This document shows positions 50,656-62,882 of a stretch of 64,000 bases of DNA, piece by piece. This DNA comes from Chiloscyllium plagiosum (Eukaryota): the NCBI RefSeq assembly GCF_004010195.1, contig NC_057752.1, positions 6,445,956-6,509,955 on the forward strand, given 5' to 3'. How positions within the stretch are numbered: position 1 is the stretch's first letter; every line of letters starts with the position of its first letter. A program made the position numbers and the translations under genes. A model generated the notes under the pieces. It worked only from the letters and a program-made list of their open reading frames with translations, had not been told where the DNA came from and made no database searches.

Positions 50656-52344
50656 TTGCTCTCATTTCTTCCTCCTCTTCCTGGGAAAGTGGCTCACCTC
50701 AACTAATCACTGTTCCTTGATAGCTTGATAGCTCATTATATGGTAAATTATGGGCACATACCCACATCTCTCACCCTGCGATTCAGGAAGGTGTTAGATT
50801 ATTTAGTGGTGTCATCAGCTGCTTATTTCACATTTGCAAATTTCCAAACTAAAAGATGGAACTTTCCACACAAAACACACGGTGCGATCTGGCAACTGAA
50901 TTAATTCCAAACACTGTACTCCTTGAATGACAAGAGTCAAATTGACAATGTTTGCTTGAGTATAAAGCCAGAAATACCTCATCTGTAAGAACTCTCCATA
51001 ACTAAGCTCAGTTGAAAAATTTGATTTAGCAAAGAATACAGTAGAATCTATCCACGTCTTTTCGTCCAAATTTCTCCCTTCAGCTTGAGATCAGTTAACA
51101 CAACTCAGAGGTGGGTCAGCTGTGAGCCCTGTGTGGCCCAACAGGTTTGGCAGTGCACTCTGCAATGGAACCACCAGGGCAGCTCAATATAATGTTAACC
51201 AAAACTAGGGAGCCAGCAGCTGAATGATTTCCAGCCAATTCTTGTTAAGAAGACTTTACAGATGAGGTTTGACTGAAAGAGGAAAGACCAGCAACCAAAG
51301 CAAGACAAAGAAATGCAATGTGAAGGCATGTTGCTGTGCAGTGATCAAAGCCCTGGTTAATGAAAGCACTGCCAAAGACACAAAAGGAAGCATCCCATTT
51401 CTGGGGCATGAGGTTGATGGCAACAAATTATGCAATTGAATGGCTGTTACATGCTACACAGATTATTGTTGCAAATAAATGGTTATTTTCTGTTGTACTC
51501 TGATCAACAGAGATAACTTATAGTGAGTGCTGTGACAGGAAGTGAAACATCCAGATTTGATTGACAAATTATTTATCTCTTCATATCCCAAAATAGAACA
51601 TAGCATAAGATCCTTTCTTGATGTGGGAAATCTAAAAGTATAATAACAACTGGAAGAGGCGGCTTTTCATTTTCTATCCAGTAGCAGCATCAGATATTGG
51701 ACAGGCAACCTCCAACACGGAACTCTCTGACTTAATGTAAAAATCCCAACCTCTAAAACAGGGCCTCTCTTAATGCAGAACCCTCTTTCTCTGATACTGG
51801 GTGCTGTTACGCTGATTCAGGGTGCTGTTACGCTGCAGATTTAATGTTGGTCCACTGTATCACAAACATTACCTTTGTTTTCTTGTGTGAAACATAGCAA
51901 AACCTTTGTATCCAATCCACCCTGTTTCTACTAAATCTTTCCCATTTGTCTTTCAATTTCAATATGATACTTGTTACCAGCAAGTTTCCAAGTTCCACCT
52001 TTCCATTCTGTCAGTATTTCTCCGCACTGCTCTGTCTCCTTGCTGGAGTTTAGTTTTATAGACATGAGCTATGCCACATCACTTGAGGGGCAGTTATTGC
52101 TATGTAATGTTGCAGATAGCGAGTGCCACTAGGCCGGGTGACCATAGATCATGTTTATGGCTGAGTGAGCAGACAAGACACTGGAGGAGGAGTGGGAATC
52201 CCGGTTGATTTACCCCGACTCACTTCTAGCCTAGACATGCTGAATCCAAACATCAAATATATCATCCCAGTTTCCAAGTCCATTATGAGCAACTTGTTGA
52301 ACACACAGATCAGGCACTCAAACACCTTACTTGTGAAGTAATAA

Positions 52345-52857
52345 TAGAGTCATAGAGATGTACAGCATGGAGACAGACCCTTCGGTTCAACTTGTCCATG
52401 TTGACCAGATATCCCAACCCAATCTAGTCCCACCTGCCAGCACCTGGCCGATATCCCTCTAAACCCTTCCTATTCATATGCCCATCCAGATACCTTTTAA
52501 ATGTTGTAATTGTACCAGCATCCACCACTTCCTCTGGCAGCTCATTCCATACACGTACCACCCTCTGCGTGAAAACGTTGCACCTTAGATCTCTTTTATA
52601 TCTTTCCCCTCTCACCCTAAACCTATGCCGTCTAGTTCTGGACTCCCCCACCCCAGGGAAGAGACTTTGTCTATTTATCCTATCCATATCCCTCATGATT
52701 TTATAAACCTCTATGAGGTTACCCCTCAGCCTCCAACGCTCCAGGGAAAACAGCCCCAGCCTATTCAGCCTCTCCCTAAAACTCAAACCCACTAACCCTG
52801 GCAACATCCTCATAGATCTTTTCTGAACCCTTTCAAGTTTCACATCATCCTTCCGAT
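52345..52857 (-). mobile_element. CR1 LINE 3' fragment about 170 nt downstream of the JM-a-like exon
   Basis: KLERVQKRSMRMLPGL...TQRVVRVWNELPEEVV. Confidence 0.9.
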
Positions 52858-53024
52858 AATATGTAAAGGCTTTTTAAATGTGAGCCACCAGGAGATACCC
52901 CGAAGCATTGTTCAGTAGAATAGAAAATGGTGACATTTTCTTCTCAAATCTTTTCTTTTTGCCATTCAAGTGTAATGTTCCACTCTCATGTCACAGCTTG
53001 GATCCAAAGTGGGGAGGATGTTAC

Positions 53025-53096
53025 CTATTGTGTAATGCTTTGATGGGAGCCATCCAAGGATAGCGAGAACAGTCCAGCACAGTAGAACCCTTACAC
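53025..53096 (-). CDS. ERBB3: ERBB3 extracellular juxtamembrane exon, long form (ERBB4 JM-a-like), candidate alternative exon
   Basis: ccag|g tgt aag ggt tct act gtg ctg gac tgt tct cgc tat cct tgg atg gct ccc atc aaa gca tta cac aat ag|gtaaca = CKGSTVLDCSRYPWMAPIKALHN(R); 72 nt, phase 2-2; same Cys spacing plus YPW as ERBB4 JM-a. Confidence 0.88.
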
Positions 53097-53161
53097 CTGG
53101 ATTTAATCAGAATAAAAGATGAAAATCACAAGGCAGCATGCACACACACAGTCAACTGTAC

Positions 53162-53206
53162 CTATGGACAACCTCGCCACAGTCCGCAGCCGTTGAACCT
53201 CGGCAC
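53162..53206 (-). CDS. ERBB3: ERBB3 extracellular juxtamembrane exon, short form (ERBB4 JM-b-like), candidate alternative exon
   Basis: ccag|g tgc cga ggt tca acg gct gcg gac tgt ggc gag gtt gtc cat ag|gtacag = CRGSTAADCGEVVH(R); 45 nt, phase 2-2; supplies the last C-x-G-x4-DC of domain IV. Confidence 0.88.
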   Translation of the reverse strand: MPRFNGCGLWRGCP

Positions 53207-54213
53207 CTGGTGTCATGGCAACAAAAGAAAACAAGTAAAAACCACAAAGCATTTCTCAAACCAACATTCAAAAAAGAAGCAACAACTTGATTTAAATGTA
53301 AAGTGATGCGGAGAAAATCTCAGGGATTCAAAACATAGTAATAAATCAACAGGCAGGTTTTATTTTGCCCTGTCGTTCATGTAAAACAAAATCTGAAATG
53401 TCAGACTGACAGATTGTCAGGTGAGCACATCAGCCATCAACAGCTAGGAAGAGGGAAAACTCATCCAGGGTTCTTGAGTGTTATCATGATATAACAACTC
53501 CCAGCTGGGACATCACAAAATCAAGACAAGATTAATCATGATCTTGATGCCTCTTGTAATGAACAGCACTCCTCTCAAAGGCTGGTCAAAATTGGGAATT
53601 TGCAGATAAATGCTTATGCTTGTTCCAACTCTGCTGTGGCACTGCAGTGATAGTACACAAATGCAAATGAATATCCTGGAAGGAGCCGGTTTTTGGAATT
53701 TGAGTGTGTGACTTCAGGATTTTAAAAAAATATTCTAATTTTCTCTCCTGAGTCCTCATTGGAATACAAGCTGAAGTAGCTACTATTAATGCATGAGTTA
53801 ACTGTGAGTATTGCCTGCTGTTCACGACATGAGGCATCAAGATTATGACTGGTCTTGTCTTGATCCTGATGTCCCATCTGGTGGGGGGGGTTGTCATAGT
53901 AATAAGACTCGAGAGTCCTGAATGAGTTTTCCTTCCCTAAGCCAACAGTCCAGAGAGTAATTACTGCTCCAGTTGAGGGGATAGTCAGCCTATTCAGTGT
54001 AGAGATATTCCTCACATCCAATCAGTTTGTGGGCTCCCCTCCTGCTCATTGTTTGGGCTGTGGGAGACCATAACAAACCTTTTCACAACTTTTGGACTTG
54101 CAAATCCTTCCACTGCTTCACATTTCTCTCCAAGGGAGGAAAGAAAAGATAGAAAAACATAATGTTTGAAGAGGTGAAATGTGGGAATTCAGAGGTAGTT
54201 ACTGTATACCCAC

Positions 54214-54368
54214 CCCTGGGTACAGTTCTCATGGCAAGGTTTGCATTCTTTGTTCTCATCTGGGTATTTGAAGATGAGACCCCTCTCTCCCTGGATTCCC
54301 TCTGGACACTTTGCCACACAGTTGGGTCCATCTTTGTAATGAGCACATTGAAAGCAGTGAGCAGGTCC
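54214..54368 (-). CDS. ERBB3: ERBB3 exon 15 homologue (domain IV)
   Basis: [52 protein letters not shown]; acceptor ctcttcag, donor gtgggt; 155 nt, phase 0-2. Confidence 0.96.
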
Positions 54369-55054
54369 CTGAAGAGAACAAAAAAAATCGATGAGGTTAG
54401 ATCAGACAAAATTGGTTTCTTTTTGGATAAATGGCACCCTTCCTCTTCTCTGCATTCTCAGTCAGTTGAAATTAAGACTCAACACTCCAGCTTCTATTGT
54501 GACCCCTTTCCTGAAAACTACAGATCTCCTCATTCCCTCGGTTTCTTCACCTCAACCGCTCCCAGTCCACAACAAACAATCTGATCTTCATCTCAATGAA
54601 TTGCTACTCACTGATTCATCCCATATTTCCTCCAAATCTTTTTCAATCCAGGCATGTCCTGTATTGTGGACCTTGGGCCATGGACTTGGTTCTCTCCATT
54701 TTTATGGTCAAATTGGAATACATGCTTTTGCAATTGCACTGAACACACCTTGTTTCGAGAAACAGGCAAGTGCATAACTTTGAGTTGTGACCAAAATAGC
54801 CCAGTCACTTGGTAACAGCTGGTTACTTGTGAGTTACAACACATTGTGCCATGGGTTGGCAGGACAGGATTTCATGCTTGCCATTGCCCAGACAGTGTCA
54901 CTGTGGGAAGCTAACACAGAAGGTAGATCCTTCTTGTGCAACTCATGATGAACAGCAATCAAATAAGAACAGCAAAGGCCTGGGAGGAAATCACCCATCA
55001 CTTGTTTGGCTAAGTCACAAAACAAGGAAGAAAATAAATTATGGCTGTGAAGAA

Positions 55055-55940
55055 AAGGTGAGGTATGGCATTGAAGGTGAGTTGGAGGTTTGGATTCGGA
55101 GTTGGCTGGCTGGAAGAAGACAGAGGGTAGTAGTTGATGGCAAAGGTTCATCTTGGAGTGCCGTCACTAGCGGTGTTCCGCAAGGATTTGTTTTGGGACC
55201 ATTGCTGTTTGTCATTTTTATAAATGACCTGGAGGAGGGGTTAGAAAGTTGGGTGAGCAAGTTTGCGGATGATACGAAAGTCGGAGGAGTTGTAGACAGT
55301 GAGGAAGAATGTGGCAGGTTACAGCGGGATATAGATAAGCTGCAGAACTGGGCAGAAAGGTGGCATAGAGTAAAAGGGAGGATGTTAAACTTGTATGAGG
55401 CTTGGTAGATCTTGGCTGGAGTGCTATGAACAATTGTGGGCATCACCTTACAGGAAAGATGCAAATGCATTGGAGAGAGTTCAGAAGTGATTGAAAAAAA
55501 TGGTTCCAGGAATATGCATTCTGGGTAATCCAAGATGGAGGGTGGGAAAGATTTCTGGCTGTAACAGGCTGCTCCTTTTTTGAGGTATTTCAGGTGTTGG
55601 AGGTGGTTTCCTCAAATTCCAGGAATAACAATTACTGTTTTACATGCTGTTGCATTGTTCTGGAACTTTGGAGAAAAATAATAGTCAAAACAACAGCACT
55701 TTTAATGAGCTGCCAGAGGAAGTGGTGGAGGTTAGTATGATTGCAACATTTAAAAGAGTTCATGGAATGCCCTGTCAGTAGCAGTGGTGGACTCTCCCTC
55801 TTTGTGGGCATTTAAGCGGGCATTGGATAGGCATATGGAGGATAGTGGGCTAGTGTAGGTTAGGTGGGCTTGGATCGGCGCAACATCGAGGGCCGAAGGG
55901 CCTGTACTGCACTGTATTCTTCTATGTTCTATGTTCTAAA
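55055..55940 (+). mobile_element. Patchwork of CR1 fragments (RT core 55055-55362, 5' UTR-like 55520-55700, 3' ends to 55940)
   Basis: [21 protein letters not shown]...[11 protein letters not shown]; 55520-55700 resembles the reverse complement of 6710-6860. Confidence 0.85.
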
Positions 55941-56344
55941 AGAGAAAAACAAATTTGCTTTCTTACGTAACATCAGTTCAAAGTATCACCACTTTTAATT
56001 CTGTCCCTGCACCTTCCTGAAAGTATCCTTTGAAATTTTATAAAAAGGCAACAGATTCATACCATCCCAGGCTCAGATACCTGCAGAAGTAGGTGCTGCG
56101 TGATAAGAACTCATTTCAAACATTGCAGCCTGATGATGTTAAACTGAGAACAGCTGATATCTTCTCATTAGTCATGTGGAAACCTAAAATATATTGATCC
56201 ACACTATAGCACCCTCCCCTCCCACTGACTCCACCTAAAATACAGAAACATTCTTTAAAATTAACTTTTAATTATGAAAACCAAAGTGAGTTAAACCGCA
56301 CGTAACCAGTTCTGACCCACAGTAAGTGTCACTTATCCTCATAC

Positions 56345-56435
56345 CGTCCCATTGCAGGTTGGGCCTCCCTCGATCTTCTTACACTCTGGGTGACACTGCA
56401 TACACATGGAGCCATCAGCATACTCTCTCTCGTCG
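56345..56435 (-). CDS. ERBB3: ERBB3 exon 14 homologue (domain IV)
   Basis: Hand translation DEREYADGSMCMQCHPECKKIEGGPTCNGT; acceptor tttctacag, donor gtatga; 91 nt, phase 2-0. Confidence 0.95.
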
Positions 56436-57099
56436 CTGTAGAAACAACAGTAGAATGGGTACTGATTCTGCATCCTTCCCTGCACATATGTAAGATCCCC
56501 CCATGATATGACTGATATTTAGCTCACATCAATCTGGAGTTGCTTCTGTTCATGACTTACTTGTTCACCTTATTAGATTGGAACGTGAAACCTATTTGAT
56601 TTGCTCCAAGATCTTTAGAAGCAGCACTGACATATTTCTTAAGATGGTTCTGGCCTTAGCCACTCTTCCTGACAACTCTCTCAAGCTGCTTAGATCCATG
56701 TTGAATAAATGGAGCATGTGGAAGATCGGTTAGCTCAGTCAATAACACTCTCACATCTGAGTCAGAAGGTTGTAGGTTTGACACCCTCCCTCCACCCATT
56801 CTAGGACTTGAGAAAATAACCTAGGTTGACATTCCAGTAGGGTATTGGTGGAATGCTGCAGTTGATGCTATTAAACTGAGGTGGTGTTATTAAACTGAGA
56901 CCTTATGACCTGTTTTAGTGGTTCTAGTGGACATGATGATCCTTTGGCACTATTTGGAAAAAACAAGGAGATGGCAGTGTCATTGCCGATATTCTTCCAT
57001 TATCTAACAACCAGTATCAAATAACAGATTTACCATTCAGTTACTATTTGTGATTCCTGCCCAGTGCAAAACAATGCCACATTTCCCAACATAGAAACA

Positions 57100-58790
57100 A
57101 ACATAGAATAGCAGGAGGACTAGGCCATTCAGTCCTTTGAGCCTGCTGCATCTTTCAATGTAATCATGGGTGATCATCCAACTCAGAATCCTGTTCCCGC
57201 TTTCTCCTCATATCCTTTGATCACTTTAGATCTAAGAACTATATCTAACTCCTTCTTGAAAACATTCAATGTTTTGGTCTCAACCGCTTTCTGTGGCAGA
57301 GAATTCCACAGGCTCACCACTCTGTGGGTGAAGATATTTCTCTTCATCCTTGTCCTTAGACTGTGATCCCTGGTTCTGGACTCCCCAGGCAGCGAGAACA
57401 TCTTTCTTGCATCTACCCGACTAATCCTGTTAGAATTTTATATGTTTCTATGGGGTTCCTCCCCCCTCACCTCATTCTCTCAACTCTCGTGAATATATTC
57501 CTAACCAATTCAATCGCTCCCCCTACGTCTGTTCCGCCATCCTAGGAATCAGTCTGGTAAAACATCTTTGCATTCCCTCAATGGCCAGACATCCTTCCTC
57601 ATATAAAGAGACCAAACTGCACATAATGCTCCAGATACAACTGCAGCAAGACATCTTTGTTCCTGTACTCAGACCCTCTCACTATAAAGGCCAACATACC
57701 ATTTGCCTTCTTCATCTTTCAGCAAGAAAATAAAGTGAGGAAGTGTGGATGTTAGAGATCTGAAACAAACAAAAACAGAAATTGCTGGAGAAATTCAGCA
57801 GCTCTGGCAGCATCTGTGGAGAAAAAGAAGGGTCACTGGACATTATACCTGTTTTCTCCAGAATTTTCTCTGATGCTGCCAGAGCTGCTGAATTTCTCCA
57901 GCAATTTCTGTTTTTGTTTGTTTCAGATCTCTAACATGGTGGTGGATTGGGAAAGGGGGAGGTGCAATGACACTTGGGTGTCTGCGTACATCAGTTACTG
58001 AAACTTGGCAAACAATAACAATTTTCTCCAGAATTTTCTCTGATGCTGTAGACCTGATGAGTTTCTCCAGCATTTGCTGCTATTGTTTGCCAAATTTCAG
58101 TGACTGGTGTACGCAGACACCCAAGTGTCATCACACCTCCCCCTTTCCTTGGATTTAATACTATCCCTAATCTCCATTGACAGCCACGTTTTCAGTTTTA
58201 TTTTTATGCCAGACTTGATTAGATTAGATTCCCTACAGAGTATAAATAGGCCCTTCGGCCCAACAAGTCCACACCGATCCTCCGAAGAGCAACCCACCCA
58301 GTCCCATTCCCCTACGTTTACCCCTGACTAATGCACCTAGTACTACGGGCAATTTAGCATGGCTAATTCACCTAACCTGCACATCTTTGTGACTGCGGGA
58401 GGAAACCGGAGCACCCAGAGGAAACCCACGCAGACATGGGGAGAATGTGCAAACTCCACACGGACAGTTGCTCGAAGCGGGAATTGAACCCAGGTCCCAG
58501 GCACTGTGAGGCAGCAGTGCTAACCACTGAGCCACCGTGCTGCCCCCTTGAATGAACTTTTGCAGCTCATCCACACACTTTTTAAATGTTTGCCATTCCC
58601 TATCTACCATCATTCCCTTAAATAACAATCCCCAATTTATCATAGCTAGTTCGCACCTAATACCACCGTAATTTCCTTTATTTAAATTCAGGACCCTAGT
58701 CTCAGAAACAATTTTGTCACTCTCATCTTAATGAAGAATTTTATCCTATTATGGTCACTTTTCCCTCAGGGCCCATGCAAAACTAGATTG
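57100..58790 (-). mobile_element. Decayed CR1 LINE hosting nested Penelope palindromes (57749-58148) and an HE1 SINE
   Basis: NIFTHRVVSLWNSLPQKAVE at the 3' end; INWGLLFKGMMVDREWQTFK further upstream. Confidence 0.75.
58217..58547 (-). mobile_element. HE1-type tRNA-derived SINE, full length
   Basis: Minus strand reads gggggcagcacggtggctcagtggttagcactgctgcctcacag...gggttcaattcc (A and B boxes)...gggccgaagggcct hairpin and (aatct)n tail. Confidence 0.88.
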
Positions 58791-59617
58791 GGCATTATGT
58801 AATAAAGAAAAAATAATTGACAATCAAGGAAACCTTTGAATTGAATTGAAGTACTCTAGGATGTTTGAGAAAAATGATCTGGTGCTTTTTGAATACAAAA
58901 CTTTCTACCTTTCACAAAGCACAGATCGAATCAAGGGGAGATCTGATGATATCATAAGATTTAGAAATTTATTGTCTTACAAGACATTTTTTAACATTTA
59001 TGTATTATTTTAGAGACAATGATAATTGTTCTCCGAGCGGGCAATCAGAATCTGACTCTCTTTCAGGGTGGTGTAAGTGCAGAATATCTAACAACTAAGA
59101 GTATGTTACAAAGCAAGGTTTAGAGAACAAAGCTTTAATAGTTGATCAACAGGATGAACAGCCTTTGAAATGCCTTCCTACTTGTCATATCCCCTACACT
59201 GTGTGGTTTTAAATCAGCTCTTGGTGTGACAAAGTCAAAGTGAACATGTGATTGAAAGACACAATTTGAACTGTCGTGCTGTTGCATCAGAGGGTTTGAA
59301 AAGCTGTGATAAAAGAATCACTCCTGAGATAAATAAACAATAATAGGGTAATTTCACAGTACAAGCAACTTGTAGTAGAAAGCTCTCTCATAAGGACCAA
59401 AAGGTAGTTTTCTCTACTCAATGATTGTGGGCTGCAGGTACTCCATATGACTGAGGTCATGAATGCAGGGGGAAAAAGGCTACTGGAAATCTTTTTAATC
59501 CTAAGTCCATACAGGAAGATGAAATTGGATGTAGCAGCGTTGAGAGAAGACATCGATGCAAATAGGACATTTCAGGAAGTGACTAGGGATAATGCAGTAA
59601 GTGTCACAGCAACTCAC

Positions 59618-59750
59618 CCTTCCTGGAAATTACAGCTCTTCACACAGGTGCCACCACGACTGTGGAAGGCACAGGACAGACACTGACTTGGGCCTGGCCC
59701 CCAACATCCATCACTGGAACACAAAGGATCACACACCTTTTTCTCAGCCT
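59618..59750 (-). CDS. ERBB3: ERBB3 exon 13 homologue (Cys-rich domain IV)
   Basis: [45 protein letters not shown]; acceptor ttttccag, donor gtgagt; 133 nt, phase 1-2. Confidence 0.96.
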
Positions 59751-62377
59751 CTGGAAAAAGAAAGAAGAAAGAGATACATGCACAAATCAGTATGGACATA
59801 CAGCAAGTTTGACCTAATATTTAGATATAACCCAGCTCCACCCACCAACTTCAGTCAGGAGGTGGCTACTCTTTCCTGACCTCAAATATCCATCGACAAT
59901 TTGCTGTTTGCAAAAGATTCAGAGCAGAATGCCTCCTACCCCTTAATGTTAACACCTAGCTTCCTGATGGCATAGTGAATGTTCTGTGTACTATCGTATC
60001 CTATTAAAGTCCAGGTGTGATTAAGATTTTAGTATCAGATGAAGCAATAATAGCATTACAATTGATCTGTATTTAGGGACATGAGGAGGGATATTAACAT
60101 CAGCCAGGATTCCTATCACTGATTGCTAAACATTGACTTCCCCACTTCCTAGGTATGCATGCATACGGACTTAAGATAGGGACAAATGGCCCACAAGGTC
60201 AAAGAGTCATCAGTGACTCAAATGAGATATCAGAGAGCTATACAAAAGCAACCTCATTCCAGTGAGGTGTTATGTCTCTACAACAGAGACGATGCTTCAG
60301 ACGTTCTCTACTGGCCTCCAGAGATCAAATGCAGAATATGTGATGAAAGCAGGAACAGTAAGTGATAGAACGAGCAGCACTGGCAAAACATGCTGCAGCC
60401 CACTTTTATTTTGTAATCAGAAGGATATTCTTCACCAGCAACTGGTGAACAAGTTGAATTTTTCATTCTTCACCATGGAAGCAATGACAACAATCTTCTA
60501 TAGTCCAGGCACTTCCTCATGTATAAATGTAGTGTGCTTCAGGGCTTAGGGACAGAAGTTTGCTAAATTTTCTTGTCACTGATGTAGCTAGGTCATCATT
60601 ACCAGAGAAGAATTGTGTGCTTAAGATATTAGCACTGTTTTAGTACCAACTAAACTCAACAGAAAAAAATGCACTCTGCAGTTCAGGATTGCTATTAAAC
60701 TCCAGCCTGTGATTGTTGCCCACAGAACTGGAATTAAGCTTCATGTTTTAAGGCCAGTCATCAATCACAGTACCTGTTAAATGTGCTTTTTCTATTTGAG
60801 CCATTTTCTCATGACACATTTAGGACTCATTACAGGTTTGATATGCAAGCCGCAGCTAATTTACTTTCTTCTTTCAAACATACTGACTCTTACTTGGGTA
60901 CAGTGCCACAGCACTGACAATTCCCCAGTGCATTGCGCAAGGGGACCATGTCATTCAATTCGACAAACATGGTTAGCCTGTCCATCAGCTTGAGGCATCA
61001 CAGCCAAGTTGATCACAAACTCACACCCAACAGGGGCTGCTGGATCATGATCAGGTGTAGGGGTTGACATTTACCCTTCTATAAACCAGGGTCACTGCCG
61101 AACAGTCTGGCTGCACTTGGCTAACTCAGTTCAAGACCAGAGTCAAAACTGGGTGCTCTTACATCGTACAGGCAGTGAACAGAGCTGCTCAATCAGTCCT
61201 CAGTCTGGAGTGTCTCTTTCAATATCACACTATGACAAGCCAAAACAGTATTACAAAAGCAGTATCAGTTCTTACACCTGCTAACTTTCAAGCTCAAGGT
61301 CTCTTTCCCTCCTTCCTTTTCCATTAAGATTAAAAGCTTTGACAAAATCTTTCTTTTTTCAACAATAATCATTTTCAAGATAAATATTCATTCAGATAAT
61401 TGCATTACAAATTATTATTTTAGGTAACACATATTTATTCATTCATTCTGTGTGCAGGAGTTTGACCTGATTATTACCTTTAATTTAATACACTTACTCA
61501 AGGGGTATATTTAAGAGATGGATACTCAGTTAGCATAGTACTACAATAAATGTACCTTTGCCTCAAAGATACCCTTGAATAACATAATAAAATTGAAGTA
61601 GTAAATATTCAACTCCACAATCTCGCTGTTCCCAAACTGCTTAACTGACATTCAATCCTGAGACACCAATAATTTCCTCTTTTTAACATTGGGAAGATTG
61701 AAGCCATTGTCTTCAGACTCAGGCACAAATTTCATTCCCTCACTGATTCTATACCTTGACCTGTCTCACGTTGAACCAGACTGACCATAAGCTCTCTGTC
61801 TGATTTGACCCGGAGCTAAGCCTCTCACTCATGAACATCTCCATCACAAAGACCATATACTCCTAACTCCATAACATCTTCCGTTAGTGCTCCTGCATCA
61901 ATTCATCTGCTGCTGAAACTCTCATTTCCACTTTGCTTTCCTCCAAGCCAAACCATTCCAATAGTACCTTGGTACCCGTCCAACCAATGCCTTGATTTTT
62001 AATTTATCATTCCTTGTGTTCAAATCCCTCTATTGTCTCAACTCTCCCTATAATTTTTAACCTTCTCCAGGTCTACAGCCCTCCAAGAACTCTGCATTCC
62101 TCGAATTCTGGCCTCTTCTGCACCTCTCACTTCTGTTACCCACCACTGTCTTGAATTGCCTAGACCCTAACTTCTGGAATTCCTCTTTAAACCTCTATTC
62201 CTTTAAGTTGTTCCTTAAAGCTCTCTCTTTGGTTAGCTGCTCCAATGTCCTGTTATATTGCTCAGTGTCAATTTTAAAAAATCTTGCTATAGTGAAGCAC
62301 CTTGTGTTAAAGATGCTTTATAATTACAGATTGCTATTGAGTTTCAGAGAGAAAAGAAATGTATTCCTCTCACTTAC

Positions 62378-62586
62378 TGCAGGTTGCTTCTGGTTTGTTT
62401 CTCTTGATGATGGGTTCAGGGATCATTGTCCTCCGACTGTATAGTGCTGTCCAGTTCAATGTGTGATAGTAGCAGAGTAATTTATTGAACGCCACGTACA
62501 CCTGTCCAGCACCAATCTCTTTTAACGACTGAAACCCAAGAGATGTCACTTGCTTCAACTTCATGATCATCAGAGACAAACCACGG
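62378..62586 (-). CDS. ERBB3: ERBB3 exon 12 homologue (L2 domain III end / start of domain IV); the gene continues beyond the right edge of the window
   Basis: Encodes RGLSLMIMKLKQVTSLGFQSLKEIGAGQVYVAFNKLLCYYHTLNW...KRNKPEATC, similar to human ERBB3 [27 protein letters not shown]; acceptor ttttgtag, donor gtaagt; 209 nt, phase 2-1. Confidence 0.95.
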
Positions 62587-62882
62587 CTACAAAAAAGGCA
62601 GTGAGGATCATAGTGAGGGGTCTTGGGACTAATTATAGTGGTACAGTACTTGATTTTGCTCATCCACTTCTATTCCCCACCGTCACCCTCCCATGCAACA
62701 TAGGATGACACCTCCAATCAAGAGCTCACTGTGCAGGGACTCTGGAAGCAAAAACTCTTATGTTCCGGTAGATTAATGCAGACTAGTTGATTTGTATATT
62801 TGTAGGTATATTCCTATGTGTTACTGTATGACAGCAAGGAACTGACCACAGATCGCTCAATTATGGGTAGGGTAACAGTGAA

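Noticed and set aside
51799..51836. Short direct duplication gggtgctgttacgctg (and ccacacttccttt near 26204-26235)
   Set aside because: Ordinary local slippage duplications with no further structure.
21361..62586. Gene being ERBB4 (or EGFR/ERBB2) because of the JM exons and GDDR/RIESNR motifs
   Set aside because: HRN catalytic loop, [37 protein letters not shown] and the NPDYWHS...RT* terminus are ERBB3 features; no PPxY motifs or C-terminal TVV PDZ ligand of ERBB4.
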